Source of the DNA: Mobula hypostoma
Lineage: Eukaryota
NCBI RefSeq assembly: GCF_963921235.1
Contig: NC_086097.1
Location: 119,786,001-119,850,000 of the forward strand
DNA length: 64,000 nucleotides
Direction: 5' to 3'
Made by a program: the position numbers and the translations under genes. A model generated the notes under the pieces. That model had not been told where the DNA came from, ran no database searches, and was given only the letters and a program-made list of their open reading frames with translations. Of this stretch, positions 27,122 through 38,470 are shown piece by piece. Each line of letters begins with the position of its first letter. Position 1 is the stretch's first letter.

Positions 27122-27301
27122 AAAATTAGTGGATATGGAAAGGTAAAAAGGATAATCATGCGGGAGCATTTTGGTGTATTCTAATTTAGCATGTTTATGG
27201 AAATGATCAATCAGGCTTAAAAGTTCTGTACTTTATGTCAGTCTTAAGCAGTTAAAGGTCTTGAAGCAGTTACTTGAACATTTACCATGTAAAAAAAATT
27301 G

Positions 27302-27347
27302 TGTACGTACGTACGTGTGTGTGTGTGTGTGTGTGCGTGTGTGTGTA
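27302..27347. repeat. (GTAC)n/(GT)n microsatellite
   Basis: Directly visible. Confidence 0.9.
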
Positions 27348-28158
27348 CTATATATGAGATATAGGCAAAGTAGGAAAGGGTCAGGACCAAGGTCATCAGT
27401 GTATGGAGTCAAAAATATGTATATAGCTATATAATTCCAAGCAAATACTTTATGTCTGACGAACAAAATAGGTGGCTGGACCAACATATGAACTGAAGGA
27501 GAAAGAATGAGAAATAGCAGATATGCAAACTTAGAGAAAGTGCAGACATAATATGTTGCCTAGCATATTTAAAAGACGATTTTCTTCCCAAAAGGTGAAA
27601 TATAGCACAAGTTGTTCAAATACTGTAGGCAAAGAAGGAAATAGCACAGAAGGTGGCCATCATTTTCCAACTACCTTTGACTGTAGAACAGTGTCCGCAG
27701 ACTTGAATTCTGTTAATATGGTACTATTCTTTAAAAAGATACCATATCAGAGTTAGCTTAATATTGGTGGTGAACATATAATTGAAAAACAAAATCTGCT
27801 GTGCTGTAGAAATGATCATTTACAAACATAGGCTAATCAGAGATGGCTTGTCATAGAGTCAAGGAACAACACATCATCAAGATTGGCCCTTCAGAATAAC
27901 TTCTCCAGTCTAACCAAATTGCCTAACTAAGATCATCCAATTTACCTGCAATTGGCCTATTTCCTTCTAGATCCTTCCTATCCAAAGTTAGTAAAGGGAA
28001 GGTTACAATTAACACACCTATATTGTTTTTGCTGAGATAATAAAGATGATCAATGACAGTTGCATGTATAATGTAGTCTAATGATTTTTAGAAAAGTTCA
28101 AATGGCAGGCTAATCAGATAATCATGAAACACCAGAAGAAGTGTCAGCTGGATCCAAA

Positions 28159-28373
28159 CATGAGGAAATCTGCAGATGCTGGAAATTCAAGCAACACTCA
28201 CAAAATGCTGCTAGAATGCAGCAGGCCAGGCAGCATCTATAGGAAGAAGTACAGTTGACGTTTCAGACCGAGACCCTTCATCCTGATAAAGGTCTCAGCC
28301 CAAAACGTTGACTCTACTTCTTCCTATAGATGCTGCCTGGCCTGCTGTGTTCTATCAGCATTTTATGTATGTT
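28159..28373. mobile_element. Fold-back pair of Penelope-like tails joined at the hammerhead core
   Basis: Inverted arms meet near 28282; decayed TSD AGCTGGATCCAAA / AGTTGGATTCAAA. Confidence 0.85.
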
Positions 28374-30341
28374 AGTTGGATTCAAAATTGGCTTAGCGAT
28401 TGGAAGGATGTGTGGAGGAATGTTCTGCTGGCTTTGAGTCAGGTAATATATAGCAAATATTCATGAATGATTAAAGTAAAAACAAAAGTTTTGGAATAAA
28501 AATAACAGGTTTGAAGATGATATCAAACAGGTGAAGCAGATGATAATAAGAAGTTCCTTTTAGGTTGTTGGAAGGTGTGAACAAAAAAATTAGATAAGGA
28601 AAGAAAGTGACAATTGATTTAATCTGTTGACAGATGAGGTAATCAATTTTGGCAGGACTGAGTTGGGAACAAAATATAAATGGAGAGCTATTAAACAGTG
28701 TAGAACCATAGAGATATCTTTGAGTGTATGTCCCTTGGGAAATGTTTTAAGAATAGGTCAACAAAACCCATGAAAAATAAATTTCACTCAACAAAAAGAA
28801 TTGATTTGCTAAAAATCTAATGCCATAGATATATCAAGAGCTGAGGGTATAACCACCTCTAAAGCAAACAAAAGTAAACAGTGAACATAGGCTATAAGTA
28901 AAAGGGAAAAGATTGAAAGTCATTTAAGAAGACAAGTTGACAATATGGTTGGAAGGCATTAAAGAATATTGATTTTTATTGACCAAGGCATAACATATTT
29001 TACCAGTTGATATCAACTCCAGTTAGCCACAGAGAGACAGCTGATTACAGTTCTGCTCACCAGGATGAGCTGTTCCACAGTGTTTTTTGGTTGTTTATAG
29101 ATAGGGTGATTAATGTATGCCAATGCTTCATCAGATGTTATTGGAACTTCGCAAGTATTGGGTGTAGTTTATATATGTATTAAGAACTCCTAGTTGCCAT
29201 GAATGTGGGACAGAAACAAATGCTTTTTGGTAGTCAATACAACAACTTGAAAGTTTTGTGCTTTTGAGCTGGGCTTGGTTTAGGATTACGGCATTTAATA
29301 TCAGTTGTTCTTTACATCCTATCATGCCCTTAAAGCATCTTTTCTGCTCTTCCGTAGGTACAAATATATTGTGGTTATCTAAGTGAGTGATGATTAGTTG
29401 TGAGATACATGATGTTACAATTTTCTATGTAGTTTGTTTACAAGTAAATCAATGTCATCTGTGGTTTCTCCTTTAGGTAAGAGGTATGTTTTACTTCCTG
29501 TCAAAAATTTGGGAACTTTTTCAGGATTTCTAAGAAAATTATTGTTATGTCCATAATACAGGTAGATAATTCCTTGAAAATGGTGTCACAGGTAGATAGG
29601 GTTGTAAAGAAAGCTTTTGGCACATTGGCCTTCATAAATCAAAGTATTGAGTACACGACAAACAACAGGAATTCTGCAGATGCTGGACATTCAAGCAACG
29701 CACATCAAAGTTGCTGGTGAACGCAGTAGGTCAGGCAGCATCTCTAGGAAGAGGTACAGTCAACGCTTCAGGCCGAGACCCTTCGTCAGGACGAACTGAA
29801 TGAAGAGTTAGTAAGAGATTTGAAAGTGGGAGGGGGAGGGGGAGATCCAAAATGATAGGAGAAGACGGGAGGGGGAGGGATGGAGCCAAGAGCTGGACAG
29901 GTGATTGGCAAAGGAGATATGAGAGGATCATGGGACAGGAGGCCCGGGGAGAAAGACAAGGGGAGGGGGAAACCCAGAGGATGGGCAAGGGCTATAGTCA
30001 GAGGGACAGAGGGAGAAAAAGGAGAGTGAGAGAAAGAATGTGTGTATAAAAATAAATAACGGATGGGGTACGAGGGGGAGGTGGGGCATTAGCGGAAGTT
30101 AGAGAGGTCAATGTTCATGCCATCAGGTTGGAGGCCAATCAGACGAAATATAAGGTGTTGTTCGTCCAACCTGAGTGTGGCTTCATCTTTACAGTAGAGG
30201 AGGCCGTGGATAGACATGTCAGAATGGGAATGGGATGTGGAATTAAAATGTGTAGCCACTGGGAGATCCCGCTTTCTCTGGCGGACAGAGCGTACGTGTT
30301 CAGCAAAGCGGTCTCCCAGTCTGCGTCGGGTCTCGACAATA

Positions 30342-30608
30342 TGTGGCCTTCTATATATTGGCGAGACACGACGCAGACTGGGAGACCGCTTTGCTGAACA
30401 CCTGTGCTCTGTCCGCCAGAGAAAGCAGGATCTCCCAGTGGCCACACATTTTAATTCCGCATCCCATTCCCATTCTGACATGTCTATCCACGGCCTCCTC
30501 TACTGTAAAGATGAAGCCACACTCAGGCTGGAGGAACAACATGTTATATTCCATCTGGGTAGCCTCCAACCTGATGGCATGAACATTGACTTCTCTAACT
30601 TCCACTAA
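30342..30608 (+). pseudogene. Penelope-like GIY-YIG endonuclease C-terminal remnant
   Basis: CGLLYIGETRRRLGDRFAEH...VATHFN...RLEEQHVIFHLGSLQPDGMN. Confidence 0.88.
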
Positions 30609-30903
30609 TGCCCCACCTCCCCCTTGTAGCCCATCCATTATTTATTTTTATACACACATTCTTTCTCTCACTCTCCTTTTTCTCCCTCTGTCCCTTTGAC
30701 TATACCCCTTGCCCATCCTCTGGGTTTCCCCCTCCCCTTGTCTTTCTCCCCGGGCCTCCTGTCCCATGATCCTCTCATATCCCCTTTGCCAATCACCTGT
30801 CCAGCTCTTGGCTCCATCCCTCCCCCTCCTGTCTTCGCCTATCATTTTGGATCTCCCCCTCCCCCTCCCACTTTCAAATCTCTTACTAACTCTTCCTTCA
30901 GTT

Positions 30904-30939
30904 AGTCCTGACGAAGGGTCTCGGCCTGAAACGTCGACT
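30904..30939 (+). ncRNA. Minimal type I hammerhead ribozyme
   Basis: AGTC-CTGACGA-AGG(GTCTCGG)CCT-GAAA-CGTC-GACT: stem I AGTC/GACT, full core, palindromic ACGT stem III, predicted cleavage after C30935. Confidence 0.82.
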
Positions 30940-31033
30940 GTACCTCTTCCTAGAGATGCTGCCTGGCCTGCTGCGTTCACCAGCAACTTTGATGTGTGTT
31001 TATTGAGTACAAGAGATGTTATGTTGAAATTGA

Positions 31034-33596
31034 TTTTTTTTTTAATTTTTTATTTTTATTTGGATAAGGAATTTACAAGTATCATGAACTTTTTTCACAT
31101 GTATAACCTTTTCCATTTTTTTATATGTGTATAAAACTATAATTATTTATACATTCCTAAGTACACATTAAGATGATATGAAACGAAATTAGAGACTTAA
31201 GTAGATAATTATGTGCAGTTGAAATCCTACTCTATTAGGCTAAGTAATGATATTAGTTGTTAAGAAAAATAATAATAATAGTGGATTAATAATAATTTCC
31301 ATATATCTCTTCTGGACCATTTCTTTCTGGCCCAAAATGTTGTATGTAAGCCTATGTAACTACCATTGTAGGTGTTTATATCCTAACTTGTTCATGTTTG
31401 CTCCTCCCCCCAAACATAATTATCCAATCCCTATGTACTTATTTCCTTAATTTTATCATTTTTTATCTCTTTCCCAAATCTTTTCCTTTACTTGTGTTAA
31501 TTCTCCATTTTCCAAAAAAAGAAAACAAGAACAGTAAACATTCAGACCAGGGGTGCTTACGTTAGCAATATTACTGTGTTGATGAGAAGAGCAGTATAAA
31601 TCATTAGGAGAGTCATCTAAAGTCTGCTGGCTTTGGGGTTATATATTCAATCCATTTATTCCAAATTTGATAAAATTTTTCTTTTTGAATTCTCAGAGAG
31701 TAAGTCATCTTTTCCATTTTAAATATTTCCAAGATAATTTCGTGCCAATCTTCTGATGTAGGTGGTATTGGATTTAGCCACTTTCTCGTGATTGATTTCT
31801 TACTTGCTGCTGAAAGGGCCTGCAGCAACTTTATATCTTTCTTCTGTTCAAGAAACAATACATGTCTCAAAGTTCAGAGGTATCTGGGTCTTAAGTACCT
31901 TAACTAATGTTCTGTGAATATCTTTTCAATATAAACTTAATTTAGGGCAATCCCAGAAAATATGGAAATGATTTGCCTCCTTGGAGCCGCACCTTCTCCA
32001 ACACGTCACGTTTGTGTCTTTATATTTTACCTGATATGGGGTCCCGAAGTATCTTATAATATTTTTCTAACAATGTTCTCTCCAAGTCAAAGAGTTAGTC
32101 GAAGACCACTGAAAGCTGCATGTTTTCCCCCAAGCCTCCTCTGAACGTACCAACCCTGCTTCTTTCTCCCACTTCTCTTTAATATACAATGTGTTTACAT
32201 TTTTAGCATGGGAGAGTGCATTTTATAATCGAGAAACTGATTTACTTGGTATTGAACTGCAAGCCGAATTCAGAATCTTGAAAAATTCTAATTCTACTGT
32301 TGATAGGTCTGTATATCTACAACTCTGGTTCACATAGTGTCGTACTTGAAGGTACCTAAAAAAGTCATTGTGTTCTAGGCCATGTTTGTCCTGCAGGAAC
32401 TGGAAACTTTGTAATACTCTTTTATGTATAAATGAGAGGTAGGTTGTAAGACCTTTCTTTATCCATAGTTCAAATCTTTTATCTCCTCTGTTGGGAAAGA
32501 ATTCAGTATCATATGCACACCATCTGAAAAGTTTTAACATGTTATTGATTCCACATGAATTAACCACCTTCTGCCATACTTTTAATGTAAGATTTATCCA
32601 GCTGTTTCTAAACTTTTCCAATTGGGCCATCAATCCTTTATCTGCTATTGAGGCCTGTAGAGGAAAACTGTCAACTAATCCAAATTCTATTTCCTTCCAT
32701 CTAGCCTTATATTCCCTATTACACCAATATAACAGGGGGGTTGTCTGTGAAGCATAGAAATAATTTCTCAAGCAAGGAAGTACCATACCTCCTCCTTCCT
32801 TCCCTAACTGTAAGGTGTTATATCAAATTCTAGGTTTCTTTCCTTGCCAGATAAAGCGGGATATCCATTTGTCTCATTCCCTGAATTGATTATCATCCAC
32901 CTCCACGGGTAAAGTCCGGAAAAGATAGAGTGACCGAGGGAGAATATTCATTTTTATGGTATTTATCCTTGAATTTAAACTTAAAAAGGGGATAAGATTC
33001 CATCTATGCATATCTGCTTTTATCTCTGAAATTAATGGCCCATAATTTACCTGTGGCAGCGTTGAAAGATCCTTCGGCAGGGTTATTCCTAAATATTTTA
33101 ATGATTTAGCTTCCCACTTAAGATCACATGTATCCTGTAGTTTTTTGGATGGCGTATAATTTAGGGACATAACCTGCGTTTTCTTTACGTTTATTTTATA
33201 ACCTGATATTTTCTCAAAGTCATCCAACAGTGTAAACAATCCTATAAATGATTTTTCTGGTTCACTCAGATAGACTGAAACATCATCTGTGAATAACGCC
33301 ACTTTCTGTTCAATCCCTGCCACCTTGATACCTTTTACAATTTTGCTCCATCTTATTAGTTGGGCAAGCGGTTCAATGTATAGCGCAAAAAGGAGAGGAG
33401 AAATTGGGCATCCCTGTCTAGTGCCTCTCTCTAAAATAAAGGAGTCAGAGAGGTCCCCATTTATCTTAATTCGAGCTGTAAGGCTGTCATGTAAAGTTTG
33501 GACTACTTTAATAAACTTTTCTTGAAAGCCGAATCTTCCTAACACTCTGTATAGTAATGCCCAACTAACTGAATCAAAAGCTTTCTCAGCGTCTAA
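31034..33596 (-). mobile_element. L1-clade LINE, 5'-truncated, 16-bp TSD
   Basis: T-rich tail at 31034; ORFs with GTRQGCPISP, LFTDD, KYLGI; GTTATGTTGAAATTGA at 31018-31033 and 33597-33612. Confidence 0.92.
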
Positions 33597-34133
33597 GTTA
33601 TGTTGAAATTGAAAAAAAAAAAGTGTTGGTGAGGCCTAATTTGGAGTATTTTCTGCAGTTTTGGTCACCTATTTACAGGAAAGATGTAAACAAATTTGAA
33701 AGAGTGAAGAGAAAACTTACACAGATGTTGCTGGACCTGGAAGACAAGAGTTATAAGGAGAGATTAAATAGGTTGGGGCTGTACTATTTAGAATGTAGAA
33801 GACTGAGAAGAGGTTTGATAGAGGTATACAAAATTATGAGGGGTAAAGATAGGGTAAATGCAAGCAGGCTTTTTCCACTGAGGTTGGGTAGGACTACAAC
33901 CAGAGGTCGTGGGTTAAGGATGAAAGGTGAGTAAGTTAAGGGGAACATGAGGGGAAACTTCTTCACTTAGAGGGTTGTCAGAGTGTGAATTGAGCTGCTA
34001 GCACAAGTGGTGCATGCGAGCTTGATTTCAAGATTTAAGATAAGTTTGGATAGGTACATGGATAGTAGGTGTATGAAGGGTATGGTCTTGGTGAAGGTTT
34101 ATGGGAGTAGGCAGTTTAAATGGTTTTGGCATG

Positions 34134-34640
34134 TTCACATTCCCATTTGGATATATCCATGCATGGCCTCCTCTACTGCCATGATGAGACTAAACTCAGG
34201 TTGGAGGAGCAACACCTCATATACCGTCTGGTAAATCTTCAGCCCCTTGGTATGAACATTGAACTCTCCAAATTCCAGCAATTCCCTCCCTCTCCCTTCC
34301 CCTATTCAAGTTTCACTCTCCCCCCCCTCAGCTGCCTACTACCTCCCTCATGGTTTTGCCTCCTTCTACTACCCATTGTGTTTTCCCCTATTCCTTCTTC
34401 ACCTTTCCTGCCTATCCCCTCCCTGCTTCCCCTCCCCCACCCCTTTATATTTCCCCTTACTGGTTTTTCACCTGGAACCTTCCAGCCTTTTCCTTCCCAC
34501 CCTTCCCCCACCTTCTTTATAGGGCCTCAGCCCCTTCCCTCTTCAGTCCTGACGAAGGGTTCCAGCCCGAAACGTTGACTGATCATTTCCACGGATGCTG
34601 CCTGACCTCCTGAGCTCCTCCAGCGTGTTGTGAGTGTTGC
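34134..34640 (+). mobile_element. Penelope-like 3' fragment (second subfamily), 9-bp TSD
   Basis: SHSHLDISMHGLLYCHDETKLRLEEQHLIYRL; TTTGGCATG at 34125-34133 and 34641-34649. Confidence 0.9.
34543..34582 (+). ncRNA. Minimal type I hammerhead ribozyme (variant)
   Basis: TCAGTC-CTGACGA-A-GGG(TTCCAG)CCC-GAAA-CGTT-GACTGA; 6-bp stem I, GUU cleavage triplet. Confidence 0.8.
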
Positions 34641-35449
34641 TTTGGCATGGACTAGATGGGCCCAAGGGCCTGTTTCTGTGCTGTACTACTCTAGGACTTT
34701 ATGTATTTAAAGTTACAGGTGACGGCTATTACATTTTTCATACCAATAATTATAAATTTATCTCTGCTGGTACTTTTCCAGTTGTAGGTTTTTTTTATAA
34801 CCAATTTTAGCATTTTCATTATAACTTAAGATGTGTGCATGTCTTCAATTGCATGTGTGTGTTCTTTTTCCTCCTTAATACAGCTTTCTTCTTGATCGTG
34901 TATTACTCTGTCTGACCAGATATTAGACAAAATTTCATTACCTCTGTGTTTCTTTTGGTAATTCTGTGCTAGGGTTGGTGACATTTTGGTGTGTCGAATT
35001 TAGGTTTAATTCCCTGTGTAAACCTTTCTCATTTTTCCTGAACTGACAATTCAGTTTCCTTCATCTGGTGCATTTCAAGTATCTACTTAGTCTGGTTTTG
35101 TACACACCAAGATTTTGTTTTAGTGTATCTTGATTATATCTTTTGTGGACCTTATATTTTTTAGTATTTCCTTAACTTTATTTTTAATTTTCTTGCTCTG
35201 GTTATCTACTTTATACTCCATTTGGTGGTCCATTTCTGCTCTGGAGGTTTCAAATTTGTTTCTTAATCTCTTCTGTCATTTCAGTCAATTTTAGCTTTCT
35301 ATTACTATTAATGAGTGCCTCTATTTTGGATTACGTTGCTGTTAATGCTGCGTAGTATGATATTGTGCATAGTTCTTCAAATGCTTCAGATTCTCCCAAA
35401 TATTGTGGTAATATAATATTGTCTAGAGTATTAACAATTTTTGAAAATT

Positions 35450-36145
35450 TATTATTTTTTTTTCTCAGCTCAAACTAGTAAAGCCTGAGGTGAAGGCATA
35501 GGCAAGCACACTCATTACTCAATTGCTTGGAACTTTTGAACTCTTCTAGTGGTGTTTAGCTTTATGGCTTTCTAAAGATTTACATAGACATTGCTGTGTA
35601 GCCCTAATTATTTTATGATATTGTGTAGCGCTCTTGGATTATACCAGCTGTAGATAAGACTATTGGGACAATGTATACCCTGGTCCTGTTCCAAAGTTTT
35701 TTGTTTCTTTTTTAATTCAGGATATTTCTGGAGTTTTTCACTGATTGATTTCTGTAAATTACGTGTGTTTGGAATGGCTCTATCTATTAAGTAGGTTGAT
35801 CTTGCTTGTTTATCCTGTATTATTACATCCGGATGGTTATTTTGGATTGTCATTTCTGTAATAACGGATCAGTCATAATATAGTTTGTGGTTTTTTGACT
35901 CTAAAACTGGATTTTATAATAAGGTGTGATTTCTTTTATGAGTTTGTATTTTAAAGCAAGATTTTGGTGAATGATGTTTGCCACTTGTTTGTGCCTGTGT
36001 AGGTAATCAGAGTGTGTTAAACTGCTACAGGATCCTGTAATGTGTTGGATTGTTTCCGGATTGCCTTTGCATTTTCTACATTTATCCTTTTGAATTTGTT
36101 GGTCTTTTATTATGTATTTTTGATTTTTTTTGTGTATTATCATTT
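35450..36145 (-). mobile_element. R4/Dong-clade 3' end (CCHC plus restriction-like endonuclease) with A/TAA tail
   Basis: KCRKCKGNPETIQHITGSC, YLHRHKQVA, NNHPDVII...YLID.AIP...EKLQKY; the minus strand ends GCTGAGA(A)nTAATAAA near 35450. Confidence 0.85.
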
Positions 36146-37429
36146 GTTTTTATGTATTTGCATGGTTTGCCTTCTTCTGAGTATTGGTTGTGTGTTAGAT
36201 ATTGTGTGTAGTTTCTCATGAATTCTATTGTATTTCTTTTTTTCTGCTGTGATTGCCTGCATGAAAATAAATCTCAGGGTCATATCTGGAAACAGTTACA
36301 TACTTTGAATATAAATTTACTTTCAGCTTTGATCTTTGGTATTTTTAATTAATTGTACGTGTAGCTGGGTTCAATGTTAAGAAAAATTGATTTTGTAATA
36401 TCAACACACACACATTCCAGCATTTTGGAAGATAATTCAATGTTTAAGCTGGTTTTATTGTGATATTTTAAGCATGTTAAAATGTTATGATGATTCACAA
36501 CAAGGCTGGGGTTAATATACTTCAAAAAATCTGCATGAGCTGATCAGAGCTAACTTGGCCAGAATACTGGAGGGCATAAACACATTAAATCTGGAGAAAC
36601 TCAGAGGGAGCAGTCATTACAAAGTAATATGACAAGATAATGACTGTGGATAAAACAAAGAACAAAGAAATAGATTGTGAGGAAGGAACAACCACAAAAT
36701 AATGGGGATGAGATGAGAAAGTGAAATCACAGAGAATTTTTGCCAGACAAATAAAGAAAACCACAAAACAAAACAGTTAGAGAATGGATCAATAGATTCC
36801 ATGAAAAATAAATTCTGCTGAATAACGTGAATCAATATGTTGAAAATATGATATCATGGATACATAAAGAGATGAGAATAAACCTGTTTAAGCTACAATA
36901 GATGTCAGATGAGCTCAGCATAATCAATAAATCTACAGCAACGTAAGAGAAAGGTGTCAAAGAACAATTAAGCCAGAAAGAAATAATGGGAAACAAATCA
37001 TCAGAGAAGAGATCCTAAATATATTATGAAACCCAGGAAGCGAACACAAAATCTTTCTATCATTTCCAAAGTGAATTCTTTGTCTATTTTCAGAAACACA
37101 TGGACCAACTTTGATCTGTGGTGTCCTTTAGGTCAACCTGTTTTGGAGCAGCCTGTGGAGAACTGATACAGGAAGGCCTACTGTTGTCTAGTCACTGCTG
37201 TTTATTGTTAGAAATTCTCAGAAATGTTGCATTCCAAAAATTGTAAGCAAACTAAAAGTGTACCTAGTTCTTTAATGTGGCACAGCATCCATCAGCTCTT
37301 GTCAGATCCTATGTCCAATCTACAGAGCCGAGATAGGACCATGAATACTGCCATGTATTTGTTGACATCCTGTAGGGGTTGACTCTTATACCCATCTGCT
37401 CCACACAGTTTGGATGGTCACCAACAAGG

Positions 37430-38470
37430 ATCAGATTTATCACCATATCCATTTACATGTATTCAAAATTTGCTGTGGTGTTTTGGCGCAATTGAACCAA
37501 AAACATTCAACACTTATAAAGAATAAACTATTAAATAAACCAGGGAGTTAGATGTTGAAGTATGGAAATAAAAAAATGTGCATAAATACATAAATGTCAG
37601 CATGTATTTAGAATGTAAACAGCATTTTAAAAAGTGTTCTAAAGTGTTTACAGTGCAGTGACTGACATGATAGAGAGAGGGTGGAAGGGGGTGGTAAATG
37701 GAATAGTTGATAAGATTAACTACCTGGGAAAAGGAACTTTTAAGATGGCGTCCAATCACAAACAAGAGAAAATCTGAAGATGCTAGAAGTCCAAGCCAAA
37801 CACTCAAAACGCTGGGACTCAGCAGGTCAGGCAGCATCTATGGGAGAGAGGAAACAATCGATGTTTTTGGCCAAGATATCCTGATGAATGGTCTCAGCCT
37901 GAAACACTGACTGTTTACTCCTTTCCATAGATGCTGTCTGGCCTGCTGTGTTATTCCAGCATTTTGTGTATGTTGTTTAAGATGGTGTGAAGTTTTTGTT
38001 TTAACAGGCCTATAGTGCTTTCCAGATAGGAGCTTTTGGAAAAGGCAGTATACAGGTGGGTAGTGTCTACAATGATTCCACCTGCAGCCAATGACCTTTT
38101 CTACTGACCTGACAGTTCACTGCAGTTTCCATATATTGTGAGAGAACGCTGCACCAAACCAGACAGTAATGTCTGATGTGACGATTTTCTCCATGATGGT
38201 GGTGTAGAATTGCACAAGATTGTTCTGGGGAAGAAGGAATTTTACCAACTGCTGCAAGAAGCAGTGATGTGCCTTTTTGTTAATGGAGGAGAAATGGTTC
38301 TCTCACTTGAACTCCTGCAAAATAATGATGCCCAGGAACATGAATGTTGAAATGGTGCTCACTGTCGGGTTGTTGATGAGTGGGTGGAGAGGAGACACAG
38401 TTCTTCTGAGGTTGATATGCATCTTCATGGCTTTGAGGGCATTCAGCTCCAATCTGCATGGTGTTAGAGC
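37430..38470 (-). mobile_element. REX1/L2-like LINE 3' fragment
   Basis: Minus-strand ATTACTGTCTGGTTTGG (ITVWFG); FFSQVVNL remnant. Confidence 0.55.
37752..37975. mobile_element. Fold-back pair of Penelope-like tails joined at the hammerhead core, 13-bp TSD
   Basis: Junction near 37880 (ATC|CTGATGA); TTTAAGATGGCGT at 37739-37751 and TTTAAGATGGTGT at 37976-37988. Confidence 0.85.

Larger units (their letters stand above)
29656..31000. mobile_element. Penelope-like element as a ~1.35-kb inverted (tail-out) duplication with 11-bp TSD
   Basis: Arms 29656-30342 (-) and 30343-31000 (+); TATTGAGTACA at 29645-29655 and 31001-31011. Confidence 0.93.
29551..34700 (+). mobile_element. CR1 3' fragment hosting three younger insertions
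   Basis: Pieces 29551-29655, 31001-31033, 33597-34133 and 34641-34700 are collinear; ORF 33623-33934 LVRPNLEYFLQFWSP. Confidence 0.88.
29050..35450 (-). mobile_element. R4/Dong-clade non-LTR fragment (29050-29550 and 34700-35450) split by a CR1
   Basis: NWKS..D..YNYWY near 34740-34790; PKFLTGSKTYLLPKG near 29470-29520; GCKEQLILNAV...IDYQKAF.SVPHSW at 29131-29325. Confidence 0.8.

Noticed and set aside
27709..27752. Hairpin ATATGGTA...TACCATAT as a pre-miRNA
   Set aside because: Stem is short and AT-rich; no recognisable mature sequence
29731..31134. Pro/Leu/Ser-rich and Gly/Arg/Glu-rich ORFs
   Set aside because: Translations of the low-complexity purine/pyrimidine tract in the Penelope-like 3' region
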